Shown here one piece after another: positions 15,001 through 24,000 of a stretch of 64,000 bases of DNA. The stretch covers positions 23,746,001 through 23,810,000 of the forward strand of contig NC_086373.1 of assembly GCF_036588685.1 (NCBI RefSeq), in the 5' to 3' direction. Below the pieces are notes generated by a model. That model saw only the letters and a list, made by a program, of their open reading frames with translations. It was not told the DNA's origin and ran no database searches. Every line of letters begins with the position of its first letter. Within the stretch, counting starts at the first letter, position 1. Origin of the DNA: Mytilus trossulus. Its lineage: Eukaryota. The translations under genes and the position numbers were made by a program.

Positions 15001-18000
15001 TTTTACATTTCATAACAGTCAAACCACCTAATTTATAAAAAAGAAGATGTGGTATGATTGCCAATGAGACAACTATCCACAAAAGACCAAAATGACAAAC
15101 ATTAACCCTTAGACTGCTGCATTGATTTCTATTGTACTTTTGTGTAATGCTGAGTAAAATTTTAATCACTGATGAAATAAACATGTTCACTTACAATTGC
15201 TGTATCTTTGTAAATATTGAATATTCATCAATAAAAGTTATATAAAAAAGTATTGTTAGATTCTGTATTTTTTATTTATTTTATTTTTGTGTGAGTCTCT
15301 GGTCATTTTTTACCTGTACAGGTGCGAATAGAGGTAAACAAAGGTAAACTTATTTTTTCATGTTTTATTACGAATCCATCAATGTAAAAGTATCCATGAC
15401 TTCAGAATTGAACCAATATAGTTAAAAATCTCTTTTAAGAACTAAGTTCCATTGTGATTATCGAAAAATTAAAGTTTCTTCTCAGACCAACAGCCTTTTT
15501 TATGCAAATATTTTCCGGTATTTTCCTCCAACTTTCACTGCGCCGACTTTTACTTCCATGTACAAATATATTTATACGACAAGTTCATTGTTAAAGCTTT
15601 CATCAATATATAATCTTGACAAACTTAAAGTTCGGGTCTATCGATGTCAGTCAATATTGATTCACATTTGAAAGGCGAAATGATAAACATCGCAAATCCT
15701 GTTTCATGTCATCCATTTTGAACAAGGTCTGGGAATCCCCGTAATTCTCGCTTTAAAAGTCTCCTGTTTGCAGTTTTGATAGAATATTTCTATTTCTGGC
15801 TATTATATCTTCGGTTCTCGTTCAAATCCTTTTAATCGGCCGCCATTGTTAAATCGTTATCATTGAAATACTTCTGAACGTGTTGGTTATTTCTCCAAAT
15901 AATGTCCGCCATTTTGTCACTTTTTTCATCAAAAATTTTCACTTTCGGTTTATCGCTTATACCTCATTAAAAGTCAAGAGACATTTGAAAGAACGCAGAT
16001 TTTTAACCAATCAGAATCCTTTCAAGTCGAAACTACCGCAATCTCATGAATATTGACTCCGCCCATTCCATGGTAACTGTGTAAACAAACGAGTTACGGA
16101 AAACGACTATAGTAGCGAGTAGCAGTAGCGGACTGTCTTATCGGAATGATAATAGTGGCGTGTAGCAGTCTAAGGGTTAACAACTATAGGTAACCGTACG
16201 GCCTTCAACAATGAGCAAAGCCCATATGGCATAGTCAGCTATAAAAGGCCCAAATAAAACAATGTAAAATAATTCAAACGAGAAAACTAACGGCCTTTTT
16301 TATGTAAAACTAGAGGCTCTCAAGAGCCTGTGTCGCTCACCTTGGTCTATGTGAATATTAAACATATCATCCTAACAAAATTGTGTTTTGATGATTGTGA
16401 TGTGTTTGTTGATCTTACTTTACTGAAAATTCTTGTTGCTACAATTATCTCTATATATAATGAACTTGGCCCAGTAATTACAGTGGAAAATATTTTCGAA
16501 AATCAACAAAAATTTACTATAAAGGGCAGTAACTTCTAAAGGGGTCAACTGACCATTTTGGTTGAATTGACTTATTTGTAAATCTTACTTTGCTGAACAT
16601 TAATGCTGTTTACAGTTTATCCCTATCTATAATATTATTCAAGATAACCAAAAACAGCAAAATTTCCTTAAAATGAAAAATTCTGAGGCAGCAACCCAAC
16701 AACTGGTTGCTCGATTCATCTGAAATTTTCAGGGAAGATAGATGTTGACATGATAAACAATTTAACCGCATGTCAGATTTGCTCTTAATGCTTTGGTTTT
16801 TGAGTTATAAGCCAAAAACTGCATTTTACCCCTATGTTCTATTTTTAGCCATGGTGGCCATCTTGGTTGGTTGACCGAGTCACCAGACACATTTTTAAAC
16901 TAGATACCCCAATGATGATTATGGCCAAGTTTGGTTTAATTTGGCCCAGTAGTTTTAGAGCAGAAGATTTTTGTAAAAGTTAACAACGACAACAGACGAA
17001 GTCGGAGGCAAAGTGATGAGAAAAGCTCACTTGGCCCTTTGGGCAAGGTGAGCTAAAAAGTGATCAAAAAACAAATATGTAACACATAATCAAACGACAA
17101 CCACTGAATTACAGGCTCCTGACTTGGGACAGGCACATACATAAATAATGTGGCGGGGTTAAACATGTTAGCGGGATCCCAACCCTCCCCTAACCTGGGA
17201 CAGTGGTATAACAGTACAACATAAGAACGAATAATATGACTATATGATAACAACTTTGTGTGATGTCATGGAATATTTAAGGAAAAACAGTACTGTAATT
17301 GAAGGATTGCAGCCAACTTTTTGTCCTGTAAATGGTAATATTGAAGATATTCAAAATGTACAATAAAACCATATTATTATCATACCTTATCAACTCTGGT
17401 TGTATACTAAGTTTGTGTAAGACTTCAAGAGCTAAACATCTCTGCCAACTAGGTTTTTCAGGGTCTAAAAATTTCACTAACAGCGATAAGAATATTTCAC
17501 ATTCTGTTGTCTGAAATGGCAAAAAACATTGGTTCATATACTTAACATACTGCAACGTCATACTTTGTTAACTTGAATTAGATTCAGAAGGATAGCTTTA
17601 CACTAACCTGACAAATGGTCTTCTAACTGCAGTGTCTGGGACAATTAAAAGGTGAGAAAAGATTATTTTTAAGTATAAGGCTTTTATAAAGATACACAAA
17701 ATAGTCATACAAAAAACCCAGATATTAGTATTGATAGTGACAAACAAGAATGTGTTCCAAGTACATGGATGCCCCATCGACACTATCATTTTCTATGTTC
17801 AGTGGACTGTGAAAATGGGATAAAATCTTTAATTTGGAATTAAAATTACAAAGATCATATCATAGGGATCATGTTTACTAAGTTTCAAGTTGGTTGGACT
17901 TCAACTTCATCAAAACTACCTCGACCAAAAACTTTAACTTGAAGCGGGAGGGATGAACGAACAAACAGACAAACGAATAGTCCGAAAATGGATGCACAGA

Positions 18001-21000
18001 TCAGAACACATAATGCCCATGGGGCATAATAAATGGGGCATAAAAAAGGAAAATTGTATACAAACCAACAATGAGTAGTATTTCTTGATCAATGATGAGA
18101 CGATTCTAAGTAACCTCATCACTATAGGGTAAAATGGCTTCTCAACTGGTGCTGGCGATGGAGGGGGAGGCAACCCCTGTCTGTATTTCAGACTTGGTGA
18201 GAACAGCTTTATAACCAGTGGACATACTCTTTCTTTGAGCAAAAAACTGAATTCTGAATGCTGAAAAACAGTACATAAAATATATAGTTAAAAATCAAAC
18301 ATGGATAATGTTCATGTTGTAGGTTAGTGCTACATTGAATAAATAATTAAAAAGTTAGTTGACCTCTCTTCTTCTTGCTTTGTTGTTCTCGATTGAAAGT
18401 CAAAATATAATATAAGGTGAAATTACCTTTCAAATAAGTATATCTTTACATAACATATATATTCTCTTCAATATGAGGTTTAATTTCGTAACCTGAAATT
18501 ATCTCTCGTTTTCATCTTGAGAAATTTATCAAAAATTTTCAATGATCATTTGTAGTCAGTGAAGACATTTTATAACCTAGAATTCCTGTTTAATATACAT
18601 GAAATGTAGTTCTACCCATACAATGTTTGACCTATTAACTTCTGAATAAATATTAGTACTCACTGTGTGAAATATTTCAGGAAATGCTGTGAGAACTGCT
18701 TCTAAGAGTTCAAGGCCAAATGTTCTGGTCATTTCTGTCATCCCAACTAACCAAAAAGGCTGGTCTGCATTTACTAACTGACAGAGGTCCTGTACAAAAA
18801 ATCGACTGCATTTTTAACAAACTATCTGATGAATTTTCAAAATTAGAACCATGCCTTCTTCTATATGTGCCAGTACTAAGTTTGATGCTTGTTATTTATT
18901 GGTTTGTTGCTGTCAATCTCTTAATTATTTATTGTTTTGTACAATTATCAAGTCATTCATTTTCTCATTGGTAAAGTGTTCAACATTCTTCATTTTGGGG
19001 TCTTTTACAGTTTGCTTTGCAGTAATGGTTTTGCTCATTGATGAAGACCATATGACACCTTACAACTACTCACCTCCTTTGTTGTTAATTCTCTGGTGGA
19101 GAGTTATCTCATTTGCAATCATACATCTTTTTTATTTTTATAATTCATAATAACATAACAATGTAGGAATGATTCTTTGAAATACAGTATCTGGTATAGA
19201 TTTCACCTGCTTACAACAACATGAAGGTATCATCACAACAAGGCTATAAGAAATGTGGTAATGTTTATTTGCTTTACCAAATTAAACAATACTCAAGAAT
19301 CACCACAATGTTGGCTGGAAGAAATATGGTGATGCTATACCTATCTAATACATTAAGTAAGAATCACCATCACAAGGCTCTAAGGAATGTGGTGGGGTTT
19401 ATTTACCATACCTATCTCAAACCATACTCAAGACCTCTACAACTCTGTAAGGAATGTGGTGATGTTTCTTGGAACAAACTTACCTGAAACAATAAGTAGG
19501 CATCACCTCCACAAGGCTGTAAGGAATAAGGTGATGTTTCTTGGAACAAATTTACCTGAATCAATAAGTAGGCATCCCCTCCACAAGGCTGTAAAGAATG
19601 AGGTGGGGAACAAACTGACCTGAAACAATAAGTAGGCATCCCCTCCACAAGGCTGTAAGGAATGAGGTGGTGTTTTACTTCCAATCTTTAATTCTTCAAG
19701 TTTCATTTGTTCTAGTGGTGCTGAAATAAATCAGAGAATAATTTATATTGTAGGTTCAGCTATGTTTAATTAGTTCAGTTTATGTACGTACCATAATTAG
19801 AAGAAAGTTACTAAAAAAAAATGGGTCAAATAGTAATATCTACTGATGCCATCCTATCCTGTTGCATTCCCAATATTCACCATTTTATAAGCAGGATCGT
19901 CACTTCCATTGCACCAGTCAAAAGATAAAATGCAGTTTAATAATTTCAAAATGCTTTCTTTTCAATTTTCGTAAGACAAATTACAATACATGTATATGCA
20001 AGTAGAAAGGAAGGGGTTAGACAAGGATAAGGGAATCTAGGAAGAGGTTGGAAGAGGGGGGAGTAAAAAAAAGTAATACTGCAAAAATTTTCCTTTACCA
20101 CTTTCTGTCTTGGAGTGAGGGGAGATGGATGTAGAAATCAGGAACCCACTGTCGACCCCCATTATAGAAGTTGTTAGAACTAAAAATAGGAAAATAGGGG
20201 GAAAAATGAGGAAACAACACAGTCATCTAACTTATGCCTATGTTGCTGACTGGGAGAAATCATCACCTTCAGAAATTCATATTATTTTATCTTAACAATT
20301 GCTGGAAAAAAATGGGATTCACTTTTTTTTTGGTAAAGGGAGATAACTCCTTTTTTTATATTTTTATTGAATATTTTTTAGATAACATAACAAAAATTAC
20401 ATTTTTGAAACGTATTAGAATATTCTTTACTTTTTATTTATTCATGTTCTTCCATACTCTCTTTCATAAAAACAAAACAAAATTGAATCATCTACTAAAA
20501 TATTTTCAATTTTTCAAAATGGTCTTCCTATCTCCAGAAAATTTCCTCAAACCATCCAGATATAGATCCTTTGAAGAAACACAACAATGTCCTTTTTAAA
20601 TCATCCATTTAGTAAATTCACATTGCGATAAGACGTGTCACGGTTCTTGTTTATCCCAAATTTATGTATTTGGTTTTGATGTTATGTTTGTTATTCTCGT
20701 GGGATTTTGTCTGATGCTTGGTCCGTTTCTATGTGTGTTACATTTCAATGTTGTGTTGTTGTTCTCCTCTTATATCTCTTATATTTAATGTGTTTCCCTT
20801 GGTTTTGGTTTGTTGCCCCGATTTTGTTTTTTGTTCATGGATTTATGAGTTTTGAACAGCGGTATACAACTGTTGCCTTTATTTATTGCTTTTTATCTTA
20901 ACTGAATCATTTCCTGATTGAATGCAATATGAAAAAAACATCAATGGAAGACCTTTAAAGCAGTCAGCCTTGTAACAGTATTGGACAACATTTGTGCAGC

Positions 21001-24000
21001 GCTACACAAATTTCTAAAACTAATGATAATGACATACCTTGAGACTTGACTCTATCTTCTGATAACACTCTTTCAAACACGATGCTGACTAACTGTTTGA
21101 TGGTGGCAGCAGCCGTGTTGATTGTTGTGGAGTCTTTTGCGAAGTGGAGGCGAAAACATAATACAAGTGCCTGAAAAAAGGAAATAACAATAACATATTA
21201 TTCAACATTAATTTTGATTGAAAACCAGGAATTTAGTTATAAATTAACTGTTTGCCATTCAACCAACGTTTCAAAATCTCCTTTGATTGTAATTTTAGAA
21301 ACAAATAATTATTACAAGCAGATGACAAGGCACAAAAAAAATATTTAGTGTTTGCATCAAAACTTTATTTATTTATTTCATTGATAACATTTGTGTTGTT
21401 CAACTTTCCTTCTTGGTTTTATACACTTTTGGTATGTCACAATTTGTTAACCTTACCCATAACCAATTTTTATAAAGAAGCAATGCTAATTCCAAGTTAA
21501 TTTTTCTCAGTGTATTCTGCCATAATAAGTACACAATATATTGTTTTTTAAAAAACAATGGAGCAGGCCATCGAAGTTTATGGTAGGTAAAAACAATTTC
21601 AGAAAACACAAGCAACTCCTAATTTGACTTTTTAACCAATACCTTAGCCAATGATTCATGCTGTACAACTGAATTAGTTGTTATTAATATAATAGCTGTC
21701 TGTAAAACTTTCAACTCTTCCTGTCCAGACTCCATCAGATTCCATAACATACTTATAATACTATCTGCAGCAGTCTGAAATATAGCATAGCTTTTAAAAA
21801 CAAGTGTTTAATAACTTCTGGGGTCATTTATGTTTGGTGTCAATACACATTTTCTATGAATTATAATATTAAATTTCATGAACAGTTGAGAAACAAATAA
21901 TGTATTTTTTTTAAAATCATATACTTTCCAGTTTTGATTCCTGGTTCTATGAAATAAATGAAAATGAGGATTAAATTATGTATTTTCATTCATCTAACAG
22001 ACACACATTTCAAATCATTACCCTAGCATTAATTAAGGGTATTTAAGTATCGTTAAATCATTAACATCCCCTTAAGACATTTTCAGATAAATATATAGCT
22101 TGTCTTTCTTCTTATCTTGATATTTAACAATGAAAAGGCTATTATTTGAACTTGGAATTATTTTTAATTATGGAATTAGCATAATTTTTTGTGCTGGAAA
22201 TTTTTAATAAATTCCATGTTTTTTCTGTACTCAAATGCTCTGTGCTGCGCACAACACTTTCTATTACAAAGAAGATAGTACATTTTTAATAGAATGAACT
22301 GTGCCGCACACAACACTATCTTACCAAAATAAATTGTATGGAAAGTGTTATGATCCGCTCAAAACATTATAACACAATTTTTTAACAAATAAAAATGGAA
22401 TTTATTAAAAAATTCCAGCACAAGAAATTATGCAAATTCCATAATGAAAAATAGTTCCAAGTTCAAATAATAGCCTGTAAATGATAAAAATTTAGTAGTT
22501 CCAAGTACAATGTATCCTTCATCTATAATCTAATATTCATGTGTAGAATGTGTTTCTCTTAGATTTCACAAAAGAGAAACTAGTAGTTGGTTGAATTTTA
22601 AGTAGGTAAATGTCACCAAACAACAAATGAAAAGGCATTTAAAGAAAATTTTGTGAAAATCTTTCTTACAGCCTTGATCAGAATTTGGACAATTCATAAC
22701 TAGATATAATTTTTAGGGATGTCAACTCAGTGAAGATTTATTTATCTATTACTCGTTGGATTTACCGAGCGATACTTAAGTACTCACTCGGTAAAACATT
22801 TACAAAATGAAAACACAAAATTATACTTTTTCATGTACACATATTGTGGATTGTTGTCTTATTATAGTAAAGCCTTCAACATAATTACTTGGACTAGATA
22901 ATAGATCAAGGAATTTAATACCATAATTAAAACCTCATTTACTACATGTACTAATTAAGTAAATAGGTAATAATCTAATCAAGTAATCAATTAATATCTC
23001 AAGAAAAACTATTACTTAAACAACAGTATTTGGGATCCTTAGAAAATCACATTGTATGATCAACCAAGGGGTTATGATTAGAACTTACTGATGCCATTAA
23101 CCATTTTTCTGAGGATTGACACAGTGTGCAATTAACCAATTTGTTCTTTTTTCAAAAATAGTATTTTGTCAACATTTTCTGGGACGTAGTGGTTTCTCAA
23201 ATTTGTTAGGTAACTAACAGTCCTGCTGATGAAAGTAAATATGCTCTGAGTGTACAGAGATGGGAGTGAATAAGATGAAATAAAACGTAAGCCTTGAAAA
23301 AATTATCGTGTTCATGTATTGTACATGTTCCTTTTATTGGAGAAATTTTAAATGACAGTTAAAGCAAAACATTCGAATAGTATTTTAATTTTTATTGATT
23401 TTGATTAATGAATAATGATTTCCCGGGAGGCACTCTAAAAAAAAACATTTTTGTGTTAATATGCTTAAGAAAGTAACAACATTATAACAAGAGACTGATA
23501 AGTCGAGTATCATTTTGGTAATCGATACTCTGTACTACCGAGCAATACTCAAGTACTCGATTGACATCCATAATAATTATTCAAAGGTGAGATTCTCCAA
23601 AAAAGAAAGATCTATAAAGTGTCTTAGATATATTATTTTTTTTTATCATTACAGGTTCAGGAAAACAAATCTGTAAAGTGTCTGAGAACTTACCATTGAC
23701 ACTGCTTCATGTGAGATTAACCTCTGAACCCCTCCCAAACAAATCTGCATAATTTTGGAATTTTTTGTATCACATCCCATTACAAAAGGTTGAACTATTT
23801 CTGCACTAGCTGGTATCAGACCTGTTAAAACGAAAGTAGAATTATTTGAAACAAAACCTCGAAAGTGTTTAGGTGTTTTATGTTCTACTAACCAGTGGGC
23901 AAACAAAACTAACATTAAAGTATATATGTATGGACACCATCCATGAATTATGATAATAAATTTCATGAACAGTTGAAAAACAAATACTGTATTTTTTTTT

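Larger units (their letters stand above)
15035..17232. repeat. Interspersed repeat family A (SINE/retroposon-like) split into three pieces by two younger insertions
   Basis: Pieces 15035-15105, 16181-16309 and 17055-17232 join seamlessly; uninterrupted relative at 36117-36325. Confidence 0.75.

Noticed and set aside
19412-19684. 90-aa ORF with repeated [14 protein letters not shown] as an extra MON2 exon
   Set aside because: Out of frame with exon 6 and no convincing acceptor; product of the tandem array
21856-21936. Duplicated intronic segment as a snoRNA pair
   Set aside because: No C/D boxes or H/ACA hairpin architecture on the MON2 sense strand
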